From assembly GCA_963759805.1 (NCBI GenBank), contig CAVXAT010000004.1, positions 1-64,000 on the forward strand: a DNA stretch of 64,000 nt. The letters run 5' to 3'. The position numbers and the translations under genes were made by a program. The stretch's first letter is position 1. Each line of letters starts with the position of its first letter. This document shows, one piece after another, positions 39,550-48,464 of this stretch. Source of the DNA: an uncultured bacterium. Its GTDB lineage: Bacteria > Babelota > Babeliae > Babelales > RVW-14. The notes below the pieces were generated by a model. The model ran no database searches. It saw only the letters and a list, made by a program, of their open reading frames with translations, and was not told the origin of the DNA.

Positions 39550-40068
39550 ATGAAAGCATTAATTCTATATAAAAGCAAATATGGCCACACAAAACAGTAT
39601 GCCCAGTGGCTTAATCAAGAGATTAAAAGCGATATCTTTGAGCTTGATAAATGTCCGTCGCTTGAAAACTATAATTTAATAATTCTGGGCGGTGGGGTTT
39701 ATATGGGCAAGATAAATGGCGCAGATTTTATTTCAAAAAATTGGAATATATTTAAAAACAAGAAAGTAATCTTATTCTCTACATCAGGAGCTGAGCCCCA
39801 CGATCCTGAAATTAAGGGCTTTTATGAAAAAAGTCTTCCGCAAGGCATTCGTACGCAGGTCAGATATTTTCCACTCAGTGGTGGTTGCGCTTACGAAGCT
39901 TTAACGTTTGTGCATAAGATTTTTTCGTTCATTGGATCTTTATTTCAGAAAAATCCACAAAAAAAATATGAAATGCGCCATGGTTTTAATCGTGTAAAAA
40001 AAGAGAATATAAATCCAATTTTGGATTATATAAAAACGTTACTCATGGAAAACATTTCCATATCTTAA
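39550..40068 (+). CDS. Flavodoxin-domain protein (Flavodoxin_5/HemG-like)
   Basis: YKSKYGHTKQYAQW, LGGGVYMG. Confidence 0.88.
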   Translation: MKALILYKSKYGHTKQYAQWLNQEIKSDIFELDKCPSLENYNLIILGGGVYMGKINGADFISKNWNIFKNKKVILFSTSGAEPHDPEIKGFYEKSLPQGIRTQVRYFPLSGGCAYEALTFVHKIFSFIGSLFQKNPQKKYEMRHGFNRVKKENINPILDYIKTLLMENISIS

Positions 40069-40077
40069 CGCTTGGGT

Positions 40078-40746
40078 TTACCCCAATCTTTGGTAGCGAT
40101 GAATAACTTTGCCAATTACTCTGAAATTATCTTTTCCTTTTACAAGAGCAACGGGTGAAGTTTTATGATTGATAGATTCAAGAACAATAAAGTCATCCGC
40201 ATAAGTGATTTGCATGATTGCCTTTATTGGATCATTTCCATACTCAACTGCTGCTATATCTCCTGAGCGGGTCCAAACTTCGGGTGATATTATAAGATAA
40301 TCACCTTTAATAAAATTTGGTGCCATCGTGTTGTTTTCAATGCACAGGCAGAACATCGAATCATCACTGCTATTCAAGACCGGGACAAAGATATCTTTGT
40401 ATCCGGTTGTTACCTGCATAACTTGATTGTTGTAAGGTGATGGATTTGCCGGAATATCTCCAACAACAGGAACAATTTTCAATTGCAAGTCAACGGAGGT
40501 TGTTTCGGGCATTTTCAGTGCGGTATCAAGGTTGTCCGTTCGTCCCTTACGTTGTGCAAATAATTCAATTGGATGTTTGCCAAATGCGGTTGAGAGTTTT
40601 TTTAGAGCATCCTCATTCCAGCGTCTTGTCCCATTTTTGATATGGGTGAGATAACTTTCGGATAGGCCGGTTTTTTCTGCTAAAACTTTGGTTGTCCATC
40701 CCATTTCGCGAAGTAATTCCTTTACTCTTAGCTCCGTTGAAGACAT
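40078..40746 (-). CDS. XRE HTH + S24 (CI/LexA-like) transcriptional regulator
   Basis: LAEKTGLSESYLTHIKNG; VPVVGDIPA; MAPNFIKGD; LESIN; VIGKV. Confidence 0.88.
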   Translation of the reverse strand: MSSTELRVKELLREMGWTTKVLAEKTGLSESYLTHIKNGTRRWNEDALKKLSTAFGKHPIELFAQRKGRTDNLDTALKMPETTSVDLQLKIVPVVGDIPANPSPYNNQVMQVTTGYKDIFVPVLNSSDDSMFCLCIENNTMAPNFIKGDYLIISPEVWTRSGDIAAVEYGNDPIKAIMQITYADDFIVLESINHKTSPVALVKGKDNFRVIGKVIHRYQRLG

Positions 40747-40959
40747 AGAAATTCCCTTCTTGGTTAATTCGAATTTTAAATTTTTATTCTCCGAATAATA
40801 TAAACCATGTCAAATTGAAATGCTACTAAAATTTCAAAAAAAATTATAGAAAATAATTTTTTCATTAAAAATAGTAGCTGAGTATGATTATTTTTGGAAT
40901 TCGAAATGTTTCAATGAGAAAGAAAGAAGATTATTTTGGCGGGACTTCGGCGAGCGCAT

Positions 40960-41646
40960 TTACTTCTTTGAGAGTTTTTTTAGTACAGCTTCAGCTTGGT
41001 GGTAGTTATCTATGGCCTCATAAACCTTATCCAGATGTTTTGCATTTAACTCGTTTTTGATTCCTATGCACTTCATGCCTGCGGCTTGTGCAGCATTAAA
41101 ACCATAAATAGAATCCTCAAAAACTATGCAATCTGTAGGTTTTACGCCCATCTTAGATGCGCTGTGCAAAAATAATGCAGGATCAGGTTTTGGGACAAAG
41201 TTTACGTCTGCTACGCAGTACATGTGTTTACCAAAAAAATGTTCCAAGTTAAGTTTTTGTGCAATGCGTTGTAGGCTTTTTGCATCGGCGTTTGTGGCAA
41301 TGCTTGTTGGAATGGAATTTTGTGTAAGTTTAGCGTGAAATTCTGCAAAGCCTTCGATAAACTCAAGTTGTTTTTCAAAGTATTCATGAGCCAAGGCGAT
41401 TTTCTTTTCAATAATCTCTTCAGTTGTATGTGGTAAATCAAATGTTTTCTTTAGCAAAAGAGACGATTGGTTTAGTCCGATCCCCGACATTGTTTGTATG
41501 ACTGCTTGTTGTTCGACCGTTAACTCTTTTACTCCACAGTATGCAAGGGTATCCAATGTGACTTTTTCCCAAATATGCTCAGTTTTGACAATGGTCCCAT
41601 CCATGTCAAAAATAATGGCTTTTACTGTTTTTTTGATTTCGTTCAT
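40960..41646 (-). CDS. HAD-family phosphatase (beta-PGM-like)
   Basis: IFDMDGT, KPDP, VFEDS. Confidence 0.93.
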   Translation of the reverse strand: MNEIKKTVKAIIFDMDGTIVKTEHIWEKVTLDTLAYCGVKELTVEQQAVIQTMSGIGLNQSSLLLKKTFDLPHTTEEIIEKKIALAHEYFEKQLEFIEGFAEFHAKLTQNSIPTSIATNADAKSLQRIAQKLNLEHFFGKHMYCVADVNFVPKPDPALFLHSASKMGVKPTDCIVFEDSIYGFNAAQAAGMKCIGIKNELNAKHLDKVYEAIDNYHQAEAVLKKLSKK

Positions 41647-41940
41647 TACATTCTCCCCACCCTAACCAGAATTGTCCATGCCAGATGTATTTTAATCCCT
41701 GAGCATGTTAAAAGTATAGAATTTAAGTAAATTTTGTTCATATAAACAAGTTTAGCAGAAACGACAAACATGTCAAATGGAAATAAATAGGCGAAAAAAG
41801 AGCAAAAGCTTGGGGCGGTTGCCATTTTTATGATAATGGCTTATAATGTTATTTGTAATGGGGTTTTTTAAATAATCAAAACTCTCGTAATTTGTAAATA
41901 GTAATATTTGGGGGTTATTTTTATATAGGAGGTTTATCTT

Positions 41941-42528
41941 ATGAAAAGGATTATTTTGGGGCTTCTATTTTTAATGGGGACGTGTTTCAGCCAGTGTTTG
42001 GCATGGAGAATTCTTGGAATTAATAACGAATCAAATGAGGTTGTTGGCGTGCAGTTGGTAAAGGGATACGCTCCTTCGTTTAAAGCGATGATCCCTGCGC
42101 ATACCCTTCAGCAATTTGATCCCAGTGCTCAATTTGAATGCCCAAAATGTGAGTGGTTTATCAATCCGTTTAAAGATGTTGAGGACTACCTACTTGTCAC
42201 GGCCGGGGAAAAAAGTTTTATGATATTTGAAGGTGGCCATGTGGAGTCTTCGTCTGAGTTACAAAGTTGCCTTACCGATGTGTATGGGCATACTTATTGC
42301 GAAAAGATAAAACGTCATCAAGGACCATATGCGATTTGGGTATGCGAAGTTATGCGAAATCAAGGTTTGGAAGTTCAAAATTTAAAAATTTTGGCATGGG
42401 TAACGGGTCTTTCTGGGATGATACGTTCCCAAGATAGTGTTTTGAAGATAGGCCTGATAAAAACCAGGAAAAAACTATCTGCGAAATATCCTGATGGCTT
42501 CAGAGAAGATATAGTTTTAAGTTTGTAG
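41941..42528 (+). CDS. Secreted hypothetical protein
   Basis: AGGAGG RBS, signal peptide, several Cys. Confidence 0.7.
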   Translation: MKRIILGLLFLMGTCFSQCLAWRILGINNESNEVVGVQLVKGYAPSFKAMIPAHTLQQFDPSAQFECPKCEWFINPFKDVEDYLLVTAGEKSFMIFEGGHVESSSELQSCLTDVYGHTYCEKIKRHQGPYAIWVCEVMRNQGLEVQNLKILAWVTGLSGMIRSQDSVLKIGLIKTRKKLSAKYPDGFREDIVLSL

Positions 42529-42556
42529 TAACTTGTCGTAATTTTAATTGATCTTT

Positions 42557-42589
42557 ACAAAAGCACACCAAGTCTTGGTGTGCTTTTGT
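42557..42589 (+). terminator. Intrinsic terminator
   Basis: acaaaagcacaccaag-t-cttggtgtgcttttgt. Confidence 0.8.
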
Positions 42590-42725
42590 CTTGAAAAGAT
42601 TCGCGTTTGCAAGTTGTGAATTTTAGGTTACTATTAGGTTTGTTTGCAAATCTTTGCAGACCAGTGTTAATCGCGAATTAGCGTTAATTTGTAGGGGCAA
42701 ATTTGCGCAATGAATAAGGGTTTTT

Positions 42726-43412
42726 ATGCAGCATTTAGCAATAATTCCTGATGGGAATCGTCGTTGGGCTAAACAGAATAAACTTAAAACGGTTTTAGGG
42801 CATAACAAGGGTGGACAGGCTATTAAGGCTGCAATTGCTGTCTGCCTGAAAAACAAGATCAAATATCTCTCTATTTATACGTTTTCACTCGAAAATTTCA
42901 ATCGCAGTGATTTAGAAAAAGAGTATCTTTTTAAGATGATTCCCGATCAGATAAGGGAAAATAGACAGGATTTGCTGAAAAATCATGTACGAGTGCAATT
43001 TCTTGGTGACAGAACAAAATTCCCATCCGGCACACTTGATGTTATAAATTCTATCGAAGAAGAGACCAAAAAATTTGATAATCTTACCGTGAGTTTTCTT
43101 TTTTGTTATGGCGGACGTCAAGAGATTTTGCATGCTGTAAAAGACCTTTGCAAAGATGTTGCCAGTGGCGCGCTGAGTGCTGACAAAATAGATGAACAGA
43201 TTTTACGTAATTATTTATGGGCATCCAGTTTGCCTGACCCCGATTTAATAATTAGAACCAGCGGAATTTCAAGATTAAGTAATTTTTTTACATTTCAGGC
43301 AGCATACAGCGAACTTATGTTTCTTGACTGTTTTTGGCCTGAAGTTGATCAGGCGCGTTTACAGAAATGCATCGATGATTACACGAATATCTCAAGAAAT
43401 TTTGGTAAATAA
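42726..43412 (+). CDS. uppS: Undecaprenyl-diphosphate synthase
   Basis: HLAIIPDGNRRWA, FSLENFNR, YGGRQE, PDLIIRTSG..RLSNF. Confidence 0.96.
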   Translation: MQHLAIIPDGNRRWAKQNKLKTVLGHNKGGQAIKAAIAVCLKNKIKYLSIYTFSLENFNRSDLEKEYLFKMIPDQIRENRQDLLKNHVRVQFLGDRTKFPSGTLDVINSIEEETKKFDNLTVSFLFCYGGRQEILHAVKDLCKDVASGALSADKIDEQILRNYLWASSLPDPDLIIRTSGISRLSNFFTFQAAYSELMFLDCFWPEVDQARLQKCIDDYTNISRNFGK

Positions 43413-43447
43413 CTTTTAAGTTTTGATAATTAAGGATATCTTTGAGT

Positions 43448-44452
43448 ATGGAAAAAATTGTTACGGTACTCGGTTCCGGAGCTTGGGGGACGGCTCTTTC
43501 TCATTTGTTGGCTGAAAATGGCTACGATGTTATCTTATGGTGCAATGAATCTAATGTTGTCAAAGACATAACGCTAACAGGGATTAATAAAGATTTTTTA
43601 CCCGGCGTTAAGCTTAATTCAAAAATCAGACCTACCAATGATCTTCAAGCGGCAATTCAATCAAGCGAATTTATCTTCGAGGCCATTCCGGTCAAGTATA
43701 TCCGAACTGTTTTTACTTCTGCCAAAACTTATGTAACCCAAAACCATAAATTTATTGTTTCCAGCAAGGGGATTGAACAGGACACCTCGATGCTTGCAAG
43801 TCAGGTAGTCTGTGATATTTTGGGCGCGGATACTCAAGTTGTAGCTTTTGGTGGGCCTAATTTTGCAAAAGATATAGCAGCCAAAACTGTCACGGCAACA
43901 GTTGTTGCATCCAATGATGTGCAAATTGCAACCCAAATTGCACAAACGCTTAGCAATAATTACTTCAAATCGTATATATCAAGTGATATCAATGGGGTTC
44001 AGGTTGGCGGTGCAATTAAAAATATTTTTGCGTTAACGATTGGCATGGCTCATGGCCTTGGGTACAGTGAGAATACAATTGCGTTTTTAATGACAAGATG
44101 TTTATTTGAATTGAGTGTTTTGACCAAACATTTTGGCGGTAGGCAAGAGACTGTTTATGGGCTGTCGGGGTTTGGAGATCTGTTTTTAACTTGTAGTTCG
44201 TCTGTGAGTAAGAATTTTAAGTTTGGAAGATTGTTTGGACAGGGAATACCATTAACTGAATTATCAAGTCAGTATGCAGCGATTCCCGAAGGTGTGAATA
44301 CTCTTCAAGCGATAAAAAAATTAGTTGATCATAATAACTTAAATCTTCCGATTTGTATGGGGACTTATGACGTCATTTTTCAGGGTATGGCTTTTAAAAA
44401 TATAATTAATAGGGTGATTGCTCAGCCCTTGAATCACGAGATTGAGTTCTAA
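43448..44452 (+). CDS. gpsA: NAD(P)H-dependent glycerol-3-phosphate dehydrogenase
   Basis: GSGAWGTAL, SKGIE, GPNFA, GGAIKN, GLSGFGDL. Confidence 0.96.
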   Translation: MEKIVTVLGSGAWGTALSHLLAENGYDVILWCNESNVVKDITLTGINKDFLPGVKLNSKIRPTNDLQAAIQSSEFIFEAIPVKYIRTVFTSAKTYVTQNHKFIVSSKGIEQDTSMLASQVVCDILGADTQVVAFGGPNFAKDIAAKTVTATVVASNDVQIATQIAQTLSNNYFKSYISSDINGVQVGGAIKNIFALTIGMAHGLGYSENTIAFLMTRCLFELSVLTKHFGGRQETVYGLSGFGDLFLTCSSSVSKNFKFGRLFGQGIPLTELSSQYAAIPEGVNTLQAIKKLVDHNNLNLPICMGTYDVIFQGMAFKNIINRVIAQPLNHEIEF

Positions 44453-45290
44453 CAAACCCAATCCCCTTCTCCTGCAACAACTCCTCCAACTTGAAGAATT
44501 CACGCCAAGCGGCTTTGCTCAACTTTTTTTCAAAAAATGGCAGCGTGACCTTTTTTACCTCTATTCTCGAACAAAGTTCTTGTGTAGCCTTAAATGTTCT
44601 GCACCCGGGCTTGAGTAGGATAACGTTTTGCAGCTCAGTTTTTCCTATATTTTTAATCAAATACTGTTTAAGTTCGTAGTTTATCGTTTTTTCCGGAGAT
44701 GATTTGGTGTTGAAAAATCCGTTATCGACCAATGTTATATTTTTATCAGCATCAAAATTTATTATTAACTTGCCGTCATAAAATGTGCTTGATGCCGGCT
44801 GTTTGTGAAAAAAAGTTGGAATTATACTTAGACAAAAAATTGATAAACAACAGAATCCGAACAGGCTCAAGAATTTTGTTTTAGAGCTTTTAGTTTTAAT
44901 AAAAAGCAGAATTAAGAATGCAACGGCCGGTATCAAAAATAAAAAAAACGTTGTTGGCTTGCAAAATCCCCATAGCCACTCTTTTTTCCCAAGTGATAAT
45001 ATGATATCCCAAAATATCGTTACGAACTCCAAGCTTTTTATTACAAATAAGTTTGGTATACCGATAAGTTCAGTAAAAAATACAAGTGAGCTTAAAATTA
45101 AAAAAATAGTAAGAATTGGTGCAAAAATCAGGTTTCCAATGAGTGTCATCATTGAGATTTGCAATCCCCACCCCACAAGAATTGGGATGGAGACAAGTGT
45201 TACTATCAGCTGAGACTGCACAAAATTTGTTAAGTATCTTTGTATACTCTTTGCTACGCCGGATATGTTCATGACTATCTGATCTGACAA
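44406..45290 (-). CDS. Membrane protein resembling the C-terminal half of ComEC
   Basis: SIPILVGWGLQISMMTLIGNLIFAP (ComEC-like P...N..P); degenerate MBL-like LVDNG...LKQYL. Confidence 0.55.
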   Translation of the reverse strand: MSDQIVMNISGVAKSIQRYLTNFVQSQLIVTLVSIPILVGWGLQISMMTLIGNLIFAPILTIFLILSSLVFFTELIGIPNLFVIKSLEFVTIFWDIILSLGKKEWLWGFCKPTTFFLFLIPAVAFLILLFIKTKSSKTKFLSLFGFCCLSIFCLSIIPTFFHKQPASSTFYDGKLIINFDADKNITLVDNGFFNTKSSPEKTINYELKQYLIKNIGKTELQNVILLKPGCRTFKATQELCSRIEVKKVTLPFFEKKLSKAAWREFFKLEELLQEKGIGFVRTQSRDSRAEQSPY

Positions 45291-46015
45291 AAATCAAGAT
45301 ATAAAAGCTTTAGAAACATGCTTGAGCTGCCAGGACATGGCGGCTTATGTAGCCGTTTTTGTAATATTGCAAGCCTGTTGGCTGTAGATTTATCCTCGCA
45401 TCGCGCTTTGTCTTTTAAAAAATACTCCATTAAATCGTAACACAGCTCCACGCATTCCTGTTCTGACAGTGTGGTTTTTTTTAGCTCCTGATCAAAAACA
45501 ATTGGATCCGGCAGATTTTCCGGTGCTTTAAAATATTTAAAAAACACATGTTGAGCCGTTTGTTCATTTTCACCGGAAATTTTTATTATATGTGATCGTG
45601 AAACAATTGTTGTCGGCAGAGTATTAATATTTTCGGCTAGCAAGATAAATTTATAGCCGGCGGGTGGTTCTTCTAGAACTTTGAGCAGTTTATTTGCCGT
45701 TGCGGCGTTAAGCGATGATGCTTTATCAAGAACGAAAAAGCATGTTTGCCCGGTGTCCAGGGCAAATTTTGTGCGGTCAAAGATTATTTCGACATCATCG
45801 ACGGAGTAATTTTTCTCCGGACTTATCCAGACTAAGCAGGGATGCTGGTGATTTTTTATCCTGCGGCATTCAAGGCAAAAGCAATTTGCTACTTTTTGTT
45901 CACAGAAATGCGATCTGATTGCAAGCTCGACCAAATTTTGTATTTGTTCAAGTTGGCCAACGACCAACCGTGTTGGAACGCTTGCATTCAATATTTCGTT
46001 TATTATTTGGTTCAT
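45275..46015 (-). CDS. holB: DNA polymerase III delta' subunit
   Basis: CFCLECR, ANKLLKVLEEPP, LPTTIVSR; follows tmk. Confidence 0.88.
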   Translation of the reverse strand: MNQIINEILNASVPTRLVVGQLEQIQNLVELAIRSHFCEQKVANCFCLECRRIKNHQHPCLVWISPEKNYSVDDVEIIFDRTKFALDTGQTCFFVLDKASSLNAATANKLLKVLEEPPAGYKFILLAENINTLPTTIVSRSHIIKISGENEQTAQHVFFKYFKAPENLPDPIVFDQELKKTTLSEQECVELCYDLMEYFLKDKARCEDKSTANRLAILQKRLHKPPCPGSSSMFLKLLYLDFCQIR

Positions 46016-46650
46016 TATAAAGCCCGGCATTTGGCCACCGCCTGCCGTAACAGTTCTTCCTGTGTCATCTTTCCATCAAGCACGACAACGCTTTTATTAT
46101 TCATAAAAAGCTCTTCATACCCGTGTTCAACACGCTTCCAGAATTCTATTTTTTCTTTTTCAAGTGTCCAGGGTTCCGATATTCTTTTTTTGATTCTATC
46201 CAACGCCGTTTGTGCGTCAATTCGAATATAAAAAATTAAATCGGGTTTTAAATTTTGCGTTGCCCAGGCGTTTACAGTTTTGATCATTTCAACGTCAAGC
46301 CCTCGTCCATATCCCTGATAGGCAACCGAAGAGTCGGCCCAACGGTCAGAAATAACTATTTTGCCATTTAGCAATTCCGGTTGGATTACCTGCTTGAAGT
46401 GTTGAGCTCTGTCTGCAGCAAACAGTAAATATTCTGCTTTGTCGCATACAGGTTCCCTTTGCCCTTGTAAAATTTTGCGCAAAGACTTGCCCAGTTCTGA
46501 TCCGCCCGGTTCTTTGGTCAGAACAATAGAGGCACCTGTTTTATCAAGCGCGGCCGTTAAATTTTCGGCTAAAGTAGATTTGCCGCAACCGTCTATCCCT
46601 TCGATGGTAATAAATTTACCTCGTGTAACGGAATTATCTTGTGGATGCAT
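46015..46650 (-). CDS. tmk: Thymidylate kinase
   Basis: FITIEGIDGCGKST, EPGG, LFAADRAQH, DRWADSSVAYQG. Confidence 0.97.
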   Translation of the reverse strand: MHPQDNSVTRGKFITIEGIDGCGKSTLAENLTAALDKTGASIVLTKEPGGSELGKSLRKILQGQREPVCDKAEYLLFAADRAQHFKQVIQPELLNGKIVISDRWADSSVAYQGYGRGLDVEMIKTVNAWATQNLKPDLIFYIRIDAQTALDRIKKRISEPWTLEKEKIEFWKRVEHGYEELFMNNKSVVVLDGKMTQEELLRQAVAKCRAL

Positions 46651-47875
46651 GGATTTGTCCCTTTGTTCCTGAGACATTTGCATTTGCGATGTTCAACAGA
46701 CTTGCTTGCATATTTTTGATTGTATCAATAACATACTGAACTTCAGTATTTTCCATTTCAGGCCAAATTGGGAGAGATAAAATTGTATGTGTGAGCCCAA
46801 CGGAAACAGGACACGCTTCAAAAATCTCTTTTTGTGTATTCAAGAATGGAATTTGGTTTAGCGATTGAGGGTAAAATATGCGTGTCTGTACGCCGTTTTC
46901 TGCCAGATATTTTTCTACCATGTCGCGAGTTATTATGCCATTTGCGTCAACTATCTGAACTGAGTACTGGTGGTAAACATGTTTGCCAAGTACTGTTTTT
47001 GGTAATTTGAGAAACGAAACATTTGCAAGACCTTTTGTGTACATAGCTGCGATCTCTTGCCTGCGCGCATTCCACTGGTCGATGTAGTCTAGTTTTACAC
47101 TTAAAATTGTCGCTTGCATAGCATCAAGTCTGCTGTTGATGCCAAGCTCTTCATAATTGTAGTGAGATTTGCGTCCGTGGTTGCGCAGCCTGAGAATTTT
47201 TTCGGCTAGATCTGAATCATTTGTTACGCAGCATCCGCCATCACCGTATGCGCCAAGGTTTTTGGTTGGATAGAATGAAAAGCAACCGACAGTCCCAATT
47301 GTTCCTGCCTTTTGTCCTTTATATTCAGCTCCGATGCTTTGTGCAGTGTCTTCAATTATCCAGAGGTTCCAATCGTTTGCAATTTGTTTGATTGGGTCGT
47401 AATCTGCACATTGGCCAAAAATATCTACAGTAACAATGCCTTCAATCAATTGGCTTGTTTTTTTATGAAAAGTTTTGCCATTTTTTATCACGGCATTTTT
47501 CTGCAGCCAACTGCGTAGATTGTTTGGGCAGATATTCAAAGTTTTTGGATCAATATCTATAAAAACTGGGTGAGCTCTGTGTGCTGCGATTTCGCTCGAA
47601 GAAGCAATGAATGAAAATGGTGTTGTTAAAACAATTGAATCAGGTTGGGTTCCTAGGGCCTTTACTGCTATCCAAAGTGCGTCTGTTCCGGAGTTGCACG
47701 AAATCACATGTTTTACCCCCAGATGTTTAGCAAATTTTTCTTCAAATTGTGTTACAAATGTTCCACCAATAAACTGTTGGCTTGCAAGTACTGAGTCAAT
47801 AGCAGATTTAATTTTAGGTTCTAAATTTTTAACCTGTCGTGCAAGTGAGAAAAATGTAATGTTTTGCTTGCTCAT
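46634..47875 (-). CDS. DegT/DnrJ/EryC1/StrS aminotransferase
   Basis: NSGTDAL, IEDTAQSIG, FSFYPTKNLGAYGDGG, NSRLD, LSLPIWP. Confidence 0.95.
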   Translation of the reverse strand: MSKQNITFFSLARQVKNLEPKIKSAIDSVLASQQFIGGTFVTQFEEKFAKHLGVKHVISCNSGTDALWIAVKALGTQPDSIVLTTPFSFIASSSEIAAHRAHPVFIDIDPKTLNICPNNLRSWLQKNAVIKNGKTFHKKTSQLIEGIVTVDIFGQCADYDPIKQIANDWNLWIIEDTAQSIGAEYKGQKAGTIGTVGCFSFYPTKNLGAYGDGGCCVTNDSDLAEKILRLRNHGRKSHYNYEELGINSRLDAMQATILSVKLDYIDQWNARRQEIAAMYTKGLANVSFLKLPKTVLGKHVYHQYSVQIVDANGIITRDMVEKYLAENGVQTRIFYPQSLNQIPFLNTQKEIFEACPVSVGLTHTILSLPIWPEMENTEVQYVIDTIKNMQASLLNIANANVSGTKGQIHASTR

Positions 47876-48088
47876 TCGAAACTCCTTAAAAAAATTTCAA
47901 AACTCTTTACTTTTTCTGTGGTCATTTGATTTAATAAAACCACTTGATTTTTTAAGAGATAGAAATAATGATGATATTATTTGAATTTTACATTGGTATG
48001 AATACCATAAATGTAATAAATATTTTGTAAAGTAAAAATAAAAATAAAGTTTTATAAATCAATAAAAAACTGGTTTGTGGCAACAAAA

Positions 48089-48163
48089 TTGACACTTCTG
48101 AAATATAAAATTTATGATGTCTTGGGAAAATGGCCTTGACATTTATGGCATTAGGGCTAATTT
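48089..48163 (+). promoter_or_regulatory. Tandem sigma70-like promoters upstream of the giant-protein operon
   Basis: TTGACA(48089)-18-TATGAT and TTGACA(48136)-16-TAATTT. Confidence 0.5.
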
Positions 48164-48464
48164 TATCATGAATGAAGCCAGTCCAAGCGAGAGTAACAAA
48201 GGGGAGAGGATATGAAGGCATTCACTTATTCAAATTTTTCTTCTTGTTGTTTCTTTATATCTTTATGTTTCTCTTTATCAAATCAGATTTTTAGGTCGGA
48301 AGTTAGGTACGTCAGAAGACTTCTTAATGTTTTAGTTGAGGTTTTTGGTTTCAAAGACTTTAAGTAGAAGAAAGGAGGGTGCGGCATAGAAAGGTCCACA
48401 ATTTAAGGAATATTGTTTTATGTAGGTGTGTTTTTTAGGTATTTCCTAAAAAAGGAGTAGATAG

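Noticed and set aside
40078..40746. Prophage immunity region
   Set aside because: No divergent cro, integrase or other phage genes nearby
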